From the IMG/VR virus record IMGVR_UViG_3300035208_006940: DNA of 64,000 bases. The stretch is one strand, 5' to 3'. Numbering within the stretch: the stretch's first letter is position 1; each line of letters opens with the position of its first letter. The stretch comes from an uncultured virus (IMG/VR IMGVR_UViG_3300035208_006940). Its lineage: Duplodnaviria > Heunggongvirae > Uroviricota > Caudoviricetes. A program made the position numbers and the translations under genes. The notes below the pieces were generated by a model. The model saw only the letters and a list, made by a program, of their open reading frames with translations, was not told the DNA's origin and did not search any database. Below are positions 27,133 through 36,417 of this stretch, piece by piece.

Positions 27133-27510
27133 ATGTCCCGTCGTCAAACCCAGCAGGGTTTCCCCGCCTGGCCCGGTTCTAAATCGGGCATCGGCTTCTC
27201 TCAACGCGTCGGCCCTTACACAGGGGTCGACTTCGATCGAACGATCGAGTTCTCCAACGGGCGGAAGTTCCGCATCATCACGTACCAGGCCTACAACGCG
27301 TGTGGGCTCATTGGTTCCGAGTACAACGGAGTGGCGATCCTGGACGAGGATCAGCACCGGGTACTGTGTGACAACATCGCAGCGGAGAGCACGGGGTACA
27401 ACGGCGTGTCCCGGCGGCAGTGGAAAGAAGCCATCCGCATCTGTCGCATGCCTTGGGAGCATTTCGAGGCCTTCGTCGACACCAACCCGCGGAAAAGATA
27501 TTCGCTATGA
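27133..27510 (+). CDS. Hypothetical protein
   Basis: GAGG RBS; codon usage. Confidence 0.6.
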   Translation: MSRRQTQQGFPAWPGSKSGIGFSQRVGPYTGVDFDRTIEFSNGRKFRIITYQAYNACGLIGSEYNGVAILDEDQHRVLCDNIAAESTGYNGVSRRQWKEAIRICRMPWEHFEAFVDTNPRKRYSL

Positions 27511-29265
27511 GTGAAACACGGCAGCTCCAGATGCACCCCCAAACTGCTGCTGGATGTGATCCAGCGGCAGGCGGGGACGCTGGCCAAGGCGATGCTGGAA
27601 GGCGCGATGAACGCCGACGACGCACGGGCCAAGCACTGCACGATGACGCTTAACGAGACGGTCCTCACGATTGAGGACGACGGCACCGGCTTTCGCAGCC
27701 GCGAGGAGATCGAGACCTTCTTCGAGGTTTTTGGCCAGCCCCACAACGAGAAGGAGGAGAAGAAGTACGGCACGTTCCGCATGGGACGCGGCCAACTCTT
27801 CGCCTTCGGCAAGAATGTGTGGCGGTCGGGCGACTGGAAGATGACCGTGGATGTGAAGACCACGGGGCTGAACTACGTCCTGGCCAAGCTCAAGCAACCC
27901 GTCAAGGGCTGCCGGATTGAGGTCACGCTCTACCAGCCTCTGTTGCTGGTCCAGCATGCCGAGACAGTTCGCGAGGTAGAGAACCTGGTCAAGTGGATGA
28001 CCCTGCCGATTACGTTGAATGGCAAGCCGATCTCCAAGGACCCAGCCAAGTCCAAGTGGGATCACGAGAGCGACAACTGTTATCTGAAGCTGACGGCGAC
28101 GGGCGACTTCCGGGCCTACAACCTGGGTGCGTTCATTCGTTCCTATAGCGGGTTCCACTTCGGTTGCGGGGGCGAAGTCGTCTCCAAGAAGCAGCTCAAG
28201 GTGAACTTCGCTCGAAACGATGTGATGGCCGACTGCCCAATTTGGCAGGAGGTCAAGGCGCATGTCCGCCGTCAGTCGGGGCAGCTCGTGCGGAGCAAGC
28301 CCCTCAACGACAGCGGCCGCAAGCACCTGGCTGACCAGTTTCGCTTTGGCGAGGTCGACTACGAGGCTATTGCCAGCAAGAAGTTGCTCACCGACGTCAG
28401 TGGGCGTCACTGGACGCCGCACGAGTTTGGCAACTGTTACCGGCGGTACAACAAGCGGCTGAGCGTGACCAAGGACGGCAACCGGCTGGGCGACAAGCTG
28501 CACCAAGCCAGGATGGCTTTCATTCTGGGGCAGTCCACATTGGATCGGTGGGAGATGGGCACAGTCGAGGATCTGTTGAAGCTTTTCACAGGCGTCGATG
28601 TGCAGCGGTGGAGGTACAAGTTTAACTCGGTGTGGACTGTGACGCCGTTCGCTGACCTCACCGCGGGCTTCAGCAACAATTACCGCATCGTGCCTGAGGA
28701 TACGTGGACTCTCCGCGAGATGGCCGCCATCGCCCTGTGCGAAGCGGCAGCTGGTGAGATGCTGCCTGCTGATTGGAAAGGCAGGGAGTACGTCGGAGCA
28801 ACCACGCAACAGCGACGGATCGTGATTGGTGTCTCTGATCAGGCATACGGGTGGACTGATGGGTCAACATACATCGCCATTGAACGGGAGTGGCTATCAC
28901 ATCAGACACTGCACACTGTGCGAGGGCTCCACTACCTGGGGTCGCTGCTGCTTCACGAGTACTGCCACGACTCTTCCGACATGGATACGCACATCCACAG
29001 CCCCGAGTTCTACCAGCTATTCCATGACAACATCCATCAGGTGGCCTACTTCGTGGACTGGAGCATGCCCCGGCTGCACAGGATCGTGGCTTCGTTACAG
29101 CGGAGGGCCACCAAGAACCAGATCAATCTGGCCGACGAGAAGACCAGGTTCGAGAAGCTGGAATCGCACCCCGTCCTCGCCGCGGCGGTGACGATGGGGG
29201 AACTCAAAAAGAAGAAAGGAAAGCGATGCCAAAAGGCACGAAGAGAATCGATCCCGAGCGGTTGA
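27507..29265 (+). CDS. GHKL (Hsp90/MORC/RIIA-like) ATPase with C-terminal HEXXH; apparent +1 frameshift at 27536-27540
   Basis: EGAMNADDA, IEDDGTGF, YGTFRMG GHKL motifs; LLHEYCHD; ATG 27507 overlaps the upstream TGA but is out of frame by one C. Confidence 0.8.
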
Positions 29266-29636
29266 CGATTGGGGTGATTGCGGCGGCCATTGGAATTCCC
29301 GCACGGCAGTGGCCGGGTCGCTGCCACGAGATTGCCACGGCGATGTGTGAAAAGGGCGTGATCGCCGGGGCTCTGCAGGGTCACGATATTTCGCCCCCGG
29401 CGGCTTCGGCAGATACGAAGTTTTTCAACCTAGCGGTCGGCGGGGCCTGCTGCAAGTTCCTCACGGAGCTGGTGGGCGGTGCCCGCCTCAACAAGGCACA
29501 GGGGTTCTGGCTGGCGAACTTGCCACCACAGCGACTGGGCAACCACGCCAAAGAGATCTACGAGGCTTTTGAGAAGGCCGACCGCAAGGCGTGGATCCCT
29601 TGCGACAACTGGCACTACGTCTTCAAGACGTACTGA
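29226..29636 (+). CDS. Hypothetical protein
   Basis: AAAGGA RBS. Confidence 0.55.
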   Translation: MPKGTKRIDPERLTIGVIAAAIGIPARQWPGRCHEIATAMCEKGVIAGALQGHDISPPAASADTKFFNLAVGGACCKFLTELVGGARLNKAQGFWLANLPPQRLGNHAKEIYEAFEKADRKAWIPCDNWHYVFKTY

Positions 29637-29649
29637 TTGTGCGGATCAA

Positions 29650-29684
29650 CGAGCGAGGGACGGTCCCTTGCTGCTCGGTTTTGT
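29650..29684 (+). terminator. Hairpin, possible terminator
   Basis: CGAGCGAGGGAC/GTCCCTTG..GCTCG followed by GTTTTG. Confidence 0.45.
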
Positions 29685-29701
29685 TCGTTCAGGAGCGTCA
29701 C

Positions 29702-30673
29702 ATGGTCAAGGACACGGAAAAGGACAAGGGGGACGACGGCGCGGAAAAGAAGCTGCCCAGGGTCAGCCTGGAGCCGGTGAGCACGAAGAGCAAGCTGCAC
29801 TACACGATCCTCAGTGACGCGCAAGTGCCGCTGACGCTGCAGAAGGCGAACGAGTACATCGACCTCGCCATCTTCGAGGGCGAACGCGATTTGAGCCAGG
29901 GCGGTATCCAGAAGCTGCTCGACGAGATGCAGGCGGGGAACTTCAACCCCAACTCCACCGTGCTGGCGAAGGCTCGGTTCAAGGGCCGGGACTACAAGAT
30001 CAACGGTCAGCACATGTGCTGGGCGGTGACGTTCACCGATCCGTTCAAGCTCTACACGGTGCGTGAGACCTATTTCGAGGTGCACACACTGGAAGCTCTC
30101 CGGGCGCTGTACGGCACGTACGACCGTGGCCGGGCGCGTACCGACTCCCACATGATCAAGGTGGTCTTGGTGGGTACGCCCACCGCACGGGGAGTGCATG
30201 CAGGGCTGCTGCAACGGCTGGCGTCCGGCTTCAAATTCTGGCACTGGGACAACGACACGGTGCGACGCCGCATCGCCGTACGCGACGTGGCTGCGGCTAT
30301 CGTGGCCGACGAGTCGGGTGCCTTCAACCGCACGGGGCTGTTCCTCAGCCGGTTGAAGGGTCTGGAGAGTCGCGTACTCCGCGTGCCGGTGATCGCGGCG
30401 ATGATGGCGACCTTCAGCAAGAGCGCCAAGGCGGACCAGTTCTGGGAGCCCATCGTGGAGAACCTGGGGCTGACAAGCAAGCGGGACCCGCGGTACTTGC
30501 TGCGGAAGACGCTGGACGAGGTTTCATATCGTCGCACGGGTGCCCAGGTGGCCAAGAAGTTCATCAGCGAGGAGGTCTTCTTTCGCTTGGCCATCTCGGC
30601 GTATAACCACTGGCGCAAGAACGAGGAGGTGCAGTACCTCAAGCAGCCTAAGAAGCGCGTCAAGCCGATCTAG
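29702..30673 (+). CDS. ParB-N / DGQHR-like domain protein
   Basis: EMQAGNF, INGQHMCWAV (DGQHR variant), YDRGRART; AGGAG RBS. Confidence 0.65.
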   Translation: MVKDTEKDKGDDGAEKKLPRVSLEPVSTKSKLHYTILSDAQVPLTLQKANEYIDLAIFEGERDLSQGGIQKLLDEMQAGNFNPNSTVLAKARFKGRDYKINGQHMCWAVTFTDPFKLYTVRETYFEVHTLEALRALYGTYDRGRARTDSHMIKVVLVGTPTARGVHAGLLQRLASGFKFWHWDNDTVRRRIAVRDVAAAIVADESGAFNRTGLFLSRLKGLESRVLRVPVIAAMMATFSKSAKADQFWEPIVENLGLTSKRDPRYLLRKTLDEVSYRRTGAQVAKKFISEEVFFRLAISAYNHWRKNEEVQYLKQPKKRVKPI

Positions 30674-30686
30674 CCCGGAGGGCTAT

Positions 30687-31469
30687 ATGCTGACACGGAG
30701 GTCGTTTCTGTTCGCGGTAGCGGCTGGTGCGTCGGCAGTGAGGGCTGCCGATGAAAGGCCGGAGGCGGCATGGATCGTATTGCCCGCTCAGCGAAGCGTG
30801 GATGCTTGTCGGCTGGGCGCTGTTCTTGCCGACATCGAGGGGCACCTTCCCCTTACCCACCCCTACCGCGATACTGACCCGCTGACATGGGCCCACGAAG
30901 GAACCCACGGGGTCAACTCGTTGATTCGCAACAGTTACCGCGGGCGATTCAACGGCTTCTACTTTCCCTTCAACCGGGCCCTGGTGGTAGAGGAGCCGCC
31001 ACTGCAGTTGTCTCGCGTGGGTCGTTATGTTCCTGGATCGCTGCGAGGGCAGAACTACCAGCAGCATCTATACCAGTCGCTCCCCGACTGGAACGACCGA
31101 CCGCTGTACTTGTTCGATGAGTGGACAGCGTACGGCAATTCCAGCCAGTCCGCGTTGGAGTGTGTGGTACCTATAGGAGCACGGATTCGGTTCACACTGG
31201 AGTCCGCCGTGTACTGCACCACGCTGGTTGCTGTTGTTGCAGGCGAGATCCCTAGCTATGATGGCCGCCAGCTATACGGGACACTGCGGTGGAGTTGGCG
31301 GCGAACGATGTCGCTGCTACGGGGCCTACGAGGTTACGCTATCACGCGGGATGCAGTGACGGAGGATTACCTTCACCGACTGCAAACCGCCACGGATGCC
31401 GCATGGATGCGGACATTCCTCCGGGACGCCCTGGGCGCGGCCCTGGCCCAGGAGGTACTGGAAACATAG
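30687..31469 (+). CDS. Putative Tat-exported HEXXH metallopeptidase-like protein
   Basis: MLTRRSFLFAVAAGASAVRA signal; WAHEGTHG; FDEW. Confidence 0.7.
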   Translation: MLTRRSFLFAVAAGASAVRAADERPEAAWIVLPAQRSVDACRLGAVLADIEGHLPLTHPYRDTDPLTWAHEGTHGVNSLIRNSYRGRFNGFYFPFNRALVVEEPPLQLSRVGRYVPGSLRGQNYQQHLYQSLPDWNDRPLYLFDEWTAYGNSSQSALECVVPIGARIRFTLESAVYCTTLVAVVAGEIPSYDGRQLYGTLRWSWRRTMSLLRGLRGYAITRDAVTEDYLHRLQTATDAAWMRTFLRDALGAALAQEVLET

Positions 31470-31472
31470 GGA

Positions 31473-31682
31473 ATGGTGGAGATGGATCTCCCAGCGCCGC
31501 CACAACCAGGCGAACGGCAGTGCCTGCGTTGTAACGTGTTTTTTCTTTCGCCCGACCGGGTGCGGCTGCGGCTGTGCCCAGTGTGCCGCAAGCTCAACGA
31601 GCAAGACAGCGGCATTCGCACGGTCTCTTCTGGTCAGTTCAACGCGGCGGTCCGTTCGGTAATGGACTCCGGCGAAATCTGA
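31473..31682 (+). CDS. Small Zn-ribbon protein
   Basis: RQCLRC...RLCPVC. Confidence 0.7.
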   Translation: MVEMDLPAPPQPGERQCLRCNVFFLSPDRVRLRLCPVCRKLNEQDSGIRTVSSGQFNAAVRSVMDSGEI

Positions 31683-31707
31683 ATTCTCCGCACGTAAGGA
31701 ATATCTT
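31683..31707. promoter_or_regulatory. Copy 3 of the 23-bp quasi-palindromic site
   Basis: tccgcacgtaaggaatatctt (31687-31707) is identical to 55442-55462. Confidence 0.6.
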
Positions 31708-31709
31708 TC

Positions 31710-32156
31710 ATGCCCGACCGCTACCAATATGCGCAGTGCTGCGTCGATGGCGAGGCAGAGGCACTGACCGCCATGATGGATCAGGCGACCGACGTGACGT
31801 ATCGCACGATGTTTCGGCACTGTATCGACCTACTCGACTGGGCCAAGTCCCACGGGTACGAGACTGACTCCCGGAGGGGGCTCACGCTCCGGCAGGACTG
31901 GGCGGTGTCCTACCACCGTTCAAAATTCAAAGGACTTCGCTGCTACTACTTGCGGTGGTCCGGGATCGAGTTCATATTCTTGCCTGAGGGCACGCTCGGG
32001 CGGATCACCAGAGAGGGTGCTTACGGCTATGGGACACAGGAAAAGAAAACACGGACGACCGGCGACGGCAAAGACGCAACGCCCCGGCTGGGTGTCGCGG
32101 GGGCAAGTGGGCGACACGGAGGAGTTTGTTCTGATCGCTTCGATCTCGCAAGATGA
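31710..32156 (+). CDS. Hypothetical phage protein
   Basis: LRQDWAVSYHRSKFKG..CYYLRWSGIEFIF. Confidence 0.65.
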   Translation: MPDRYQYAQCCVDGEAEALTAMMDQATDVTYRTMFRHCIDLLDWAKSHGYETDSRRGLTLRQDWAVSYHRSKFKGLRCYYLRWSGIEFIFLPEGTLGRITREGAYGYGTQEKKTRTTGDGKDATPRLGVAGASGRHGGVCSDRFDLAR

Positions 32157-32586
32157 CGTGGCTAAGATTCGCGACGGTCGTTTTGTGCGGATGCGGCTGT
32201 ACCCCGACGAGAGCGAGGCGCCGGACGCGGAGATGTCTGCCATTCTCACGTTGTGTGAAACCGAAGACGTCAACACGGCACTGGCCACTGCGGAGATCTA
32301 CGCGGAAGCGCAGAAAACAGGGCAGATGGTCCGGGTCAGCGTGCGGGCTCTCGATGAGCGGTTCTTCGAGACACTCACCACGCGGGGATTTCACATCGGT
32401 TCCGAGGATTTTCAGGACGATCCTGCGTGGTCGGGGCTAACGACGCTCGTGATAATGCTCGCGGATACGCGAGAGGAGTATGCTCAGCGATTGCTGGAGT
32501 TCCGGCAATACGTCGCGGACGGTCGCATAAAGCGACTGGAGGATGAACGGGCGAGGGCTTCCGAACATGGTGCCTTGGAGAAGTAG
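32029..32586 (+). CDS. Hypothetical protein, paralog of 32589..33155
   Basis: MGHRKRK start; MLADTREEY. Confidence 0.65.
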   Translation: MGHRKRKHGRPATAKTQRPGWVSRGQVGDTEEFVLIASISQDDVAKIRDGRFVRMRLYPDESEAPDAEMSAILTLCETEDVNTALATAEIYAEAQKTGQMVRVSVRALDERFFETLTTRGFHIGSEDFQDDPAWSGLTTLVIMLADTREEYAQRLLEFRQYVADGRIKRLEDERARASEHGALEK

Positions 32587-32588
32587 GC

Positions 32589-33155
32589 ATGGGCCACAGA
32601 AATAAAAAGAAGAGATCGCAGCGGCCGCAGCGGCCGGACGACGTGCCCTGGATTCGATTCTGCGGTATCGAGGGTACCGCAAACTACATGGCCGTGATAC
32701 CGCTAACGCGGTCTCAGTACGCGGAGATTCTCAAGGGTGACTGGGTGGGGGCGGAACTACTGGGGTCGTACGAGGAGATCCAGAGCGACCGTAACATGCT
32801 CGTTGTCTGCACGCTTCCCGAGTCCAAGGACCTGAATGTCGCCAACTGTCTCATGCGGTACGTGCCACAAGGTCGCAAGATGGTTTTCATTCCGATCTCG
32901 TTCACAGACGCCAGCCGACAAGACTTGGACGAAGTGGGCTACACGATGATGGCGTGCCCGGAGAACGGGAAGATGGCGAAGATCCCCGGCTGGGGACGTG
33001 TGCGTGTGTTCATGTTCATACTGGCCGACACCATGGAGGAGCTTGACCGTCGGTGTGACGAACTAGCAAAGAAAGCAAGAGAGGCGGATACCAATGGCGA
33101 AGAGGGTCAGCAAACCGAGCCCGAGCGCGAAGCCCCTGGCGATCTTCCTGGCTGA
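32589..33155 (+). CDS. Hypothetical protein, paralog of 32029..32586
   Basis: MGHRNKKK start; ILADTMEEL. Confidence 0.65.
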   Translation: MGHRNKKKRSQRPQRPDDVPWIRFCGIEGTANYMAVIPLTRSQYAEILKGDWVGAELLGSYEEIQSDRNMLVVCTLPESKDLNVANCLMRYVPQGRKMVFIPISFTDASRQDLDEVGYTMMACPENGKMAKIPGWGRVRVFMFILADTMEELDRRCDELAKKAREADTNGEEGQQTEPEREAPGDLPG

Positions 33156-34287
33156 CGCGCACGCGGATGAAGGGACCTGGGCGAGCTACCCGGACCTCCG
33201 GGGAGACTCGTTCTGGGCGCTGGAGCAGGTTCACCAGCACGCGGCGACGCATCGCGTGCCGTGGATTGTCGGTGCCGGGGACATGCTCAATCGAAAGGCG
33301 AACGAGGCCGCGGTGGCCGGGTTCATTCGGCGGTGGATGGAATCACTCCACGCCGACGGAGTCAGCCTGGCGTTCAGCCAGGGTCAGCACGATCACCAGA
33401 AGATCCCATGGCTTTGTGAATTGAGCGATCAGGCGATCTGGCTGGACGCCAAGCCCGGTGCGGTGTTGGAGATCGAAGGCTGCCCGATCCAGGGTTTCGA
33501 CTGGACGCCCGCGGACAGGCTTGCGATCCGGCTGCGGGAAGAAGTGCAGCCCAACACGGCGATCCTGTTCTTGCACCAGGTGTGCGACGCGTTCATGGGA
33601 GATGTCGCGATGCCTGAGCTGAACTTCAGTCAGGTGCCCTACGTGTCGTTGCTTGGCGTGGGGGACTACCACGAGCACAGGGTGCTGAAGACCTTGGGCG
33701 CCAATGGACAGTCGCTCACCGTGCTCTCACCAGGGAGCACGTGCATGCAGAAGATCAACGAGCCGCCCATCAAGCACTTCTTCGTGATCTACGATGATCT
33801 GAGTTTCACCAGCCAGCCTTTCCTGTCGCGACCCTTCCTGGACATCCCGTCGATTCTCGACACGGATGGCCTGGAAGACTTTGAGGCGACCATTGGCAAC
33901 CAGCTGGACGAGGTACGGGACAGTGCGGCGACGGCCAAGTTGCCGGAGTCGGTGCGGAAGCCTATCGTGCACGTGGAGTTCAGCTTGGCAGTAGCCGGGG
34001 CGCATCGTCGAATCATGAAGGCTGTGGGTGACCGGGCCCATCTGTTCATGCCCACCACGGACCCGCGGCGGCCGACCGAGGCTGGGGCGATCAAGGACGA
34101 GGCCGCACGGGCCCGCCGTCATGAGATCGCTGCTAAGGGTCTGCTGGGCTGTCTGGATCAGGACGTGGATCGGAAGCGGGAGCCCGTGCTGTACTCGCTC
34201 CTGCACGATCTGTTCACCACGGACGATCCCGACGCGGTAATTCGTGAGAAACGGAAGGACTATGACCTTGAGGCAAAGGGAGCGTAG
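33094..34287 (+). CDS. sbcD: SbcD/Mre11 metallophosphoesterase nuclease
   Basis: LADAH, AGDML, GQHD, FLHQ, GDYHEH, SPGS motifs. Confidence 0.9.
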   Translation: MAKRVSKPSPSAKPLAIFLADAHADEGTWASYPDLRGDSFWALEQVHQHAATHRVPWIVGAGDMLNRKANEAAVAGFIRRWMESLHADGVSLAFSQGQHDHQKIPWLCELSDQAIWLDAKPGAVLEIEGCPIQGFDWTPADRLAIRLREEVQPNTAILFLHQVCDAFMGDVAMPELNFSQVPYVSLLGVGDYHEHRVLKTLGANGQSLTVLSPGSTCMQKINEPPIKHFFVIYDDLSFTSQPFLSRPFLDIPSILDTDGLEDFEATIGNQLDEVRDSAATAKLPESVRKPIVHVEFSLAVAGAHRRIMKAVGDRAHLFMPTTDPRRPTEAGAIKDEAARARRHEIAAKGLLGCLDQDVDRKREPVLYSLLHDLFTTDDPDAVIREKRKDYDLEAKGA

Positions 34288-36417
34288 ATGAGGATCGACC
34301 TGTTCGAGTTGGGCAACTTCTGCCAGCACCGTTCGCTGCGATGGAAGTTCAAGCCGGGTCTCGTGGGGGTCTGCGGGCCCAACGGAGTCGGCAAATCGAA
34401 TGCGGTGAGCGTGGGCATCTACGCCTGTCTCACAGGAGATTACAGTCGCCATCCGCTCGGCAAGGCCGGTTGCATCTGCCAGCAAATGGAGGAGGGCGAG
34501 TCCTCGTTCATGCGGCTGTGTGGGCAGCAAGGGGCCACGGTGTTCGACTTGCGCCGTGGCTTGGCCAACCCCGAAAACCATCGGTTGGCCATCAAGGGGA
34601 TCAAGGAGGTGATCACCAAGGCTCCCGAGATCCAGACGAAGCTGGAGAGCGTGTTGGGGCTGCAGCGGCGGTTGATCGACGACTACGTGTTCATCAACCA
34701 GGGCGACATGTTTGCGGTGCTCTCGGCTCTTCCGGCCAAGCGGGCCCAGAGTTTTGCACGCCTCTGCGCCACGGCAAAGGCCGAGGCGGCTTGGAAGGCG
34801 TTGGGCCCGTGGATCGACAAGGATATGCCGCTGACCGTGGCCAGCGTGGGTGATCTGGCAGTGATCGAGGAGGAGCTGGCGACGTTCCGCAAGCGTGTCC
34901 GGGTGGCGAGCCGGAAGCTGAAAGAGGCCAAGCACCTGTTGCTCAAGCTCGCCGCAAAGAAGGAGCAGGAGCAAATCGTTCGTGACTTTGCACGACGCGA
35001 GGAGTTGGCGACGCGGATCAAGGAGCTGGACAGGGACGAGCAGAAGCTGCTGTTCGCAGCCAGAACGGCGTCCAGCGCCTATCGCGACGCCGAGGAAGAG
35101 GCTCACGGTGCCAGCGTTGCGATTGGTGTGCTGCGAGAGCACGTGCAGCGGGACGCGGACGATGTGGCGGCGTACGAGGAGCGGAAGAAGCTCTGGGAGC
35201 GCAAGCAGGAACTCGACAAGGAGCGGGAGACGCTGACAGACGCCGAGTGGCCTGAGCTGGAGTGTCCCTGCGACGCTACGGTGGAGGCTCTGGTGACCGA
35301 GCAGGCCGAGGGGCAGGCGGCGGTCCGGGAACTGGAGAAACGGGCCGAGCTGCTGTGCGCCGGGGAGTGCCCAACGTGCGGAAAGCCGTTCGACGACCCC
35401 GACGAGACGGTTGAGGATGTCGAGGCGCGTGTGAAGGACCTCAAGGCCCGCCTGGCATTCCTTGTGCGGCTGATACCCGCTCGGCGGCTGTACGAGAACC
35501 AACTTGCCAAGCAGCGGCAATTGCAGGCTGTCGCCTCTTCTCGGCTGAAACAGGTCAAGAAGGAGCTGGTGGAGTTGGTTGGTGTGTCTGCGCCGCCTGC
35601 TAGCGCGGCCAAGAAGGCCGAGGAAGTCAAGAAGCTGCGCAAGGAGATTAGCGACAAGGAGGCCGCACAGGAAACGCGGGTGACGCGACGCGACGGGTTG
35701 CTCAGAGTGCGAGAGCAGCGAGTCGCAGAGCACAGGGCGAAGAAGCAGGCACTGTCCGCAGCTCACGACGAGTACGACAAGATCGCTGTGACCAAGGTCG
35801 ACAAGGACAGCGCGGAGAAGGTGCTGCAAGCCAATCGCGACAACGAGCTGGCCGTGGAACGGCACCGGGCTAAGTTGGAAGAGTTCCAGCGTACGGTGGA
35901 AGAGAAGGAGCGGGCGCTGGAGCAGGGCCGTGCAGTTCGTGATCGTGGTGCACGCGCGGCGGTGTGGGTGACATTGCTCTCACGGGCGAGGGAGAAAGCG
36001 CATCGTGACAATCTCCCGGCGAAGGTGCACCACGCCGCGTTGGAGGACCTGGAGGAAAAGGTCAACGAGTCGCTGGGCGAGTTCGACTCGCCGTTTCGGG
36101 TGAGCGCCACGGAGGACCTGTCCTTCACGGCACACTTCAATAACGGCACTGTAGTCCCTGCGGCGGCGTTGTCCGGGGGGCAGAAAATGCTCCTTGCCAT
36201 TTCTTTCCGACTGGTAGTGAACTCCACCTACGCCGACCAAATGGGCATAATGATCCTGGACGAACCCACCGACGGGCTCGACCAGGCCAATCGTGCCCTG
36301 GCCGCGGACGTCTTTGTCCGTCTGGGCGATCTTGCCAAGCGGCGAGGCCACCAGATCATTGTGGTCACCCACGACGAGATCCTACACCGAACCTTTGACG
36401 AGATCCTCTCGCTGTGA
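34288..36417 (+). CDS. sbcC: SbcC/Rad50 SMC-like ATPase
   Basis: GPNGVGKS, coiled coil with CPTC Zn hook, LSGGQ, ILDEPT, VTH. Confidence 0.95.
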   Translation: MRIDLFELGNFCQHRSLRWKFKPGLVGVCGPNGVGKSNAVSVGIYACLTGDYSRHPLGKAGCICQQMEEGESSFMRLCGQQGATVFDLRRGLANPENHRLAIKGIKEVITKAPEIQTKLESVLGLQRRLIDDYVFINQGDMFAVLSALPAKRAQSFARLCATAKAEAAWKALGPWIDKDMPLTVASVGDLAVIEEELATFRKRVRVASRKLKEAKHLLLKLAAKKEQEQIVRDFARREELATRIKELDRDEQKLLFAARTASSAYRDAEEEAHGASVAIGVLREHVQRDADDVAAYEERKKLWERKQELDKERETLTDAEWPELECPCDATVEALVTEQAEGQAAVRELEKRAELLCAGECPTCGKPFDDPDETVEDVEARVKDLKARLAFLVRLIPARRLYENQLAKQRQLQAVASSRLKQVKKELVELVGVSAPPASAAKKAEEVKKLRKEISDKEAAQETRVTRRDGLLRVREQRVAEHRAKKQALSAAHDEYDKIAVTKVDKDSAEKVLQANRDNELAVERHRAKLEEFQRTVEEKERALEQGRAVRDRGARAAVWVTLLSRAREKAHRDNLPAKVHHAALEDLEEKVNESLGEFDSPFRVSATEDLSFTAHFNNGTVVPAAALSGGQKMLLAISFRLVVNSTYADQMGIMILDEPTDGLDQANRALAADVFVRLGDLAKRRGHQIIVVTHDEILHRTFDEILSL

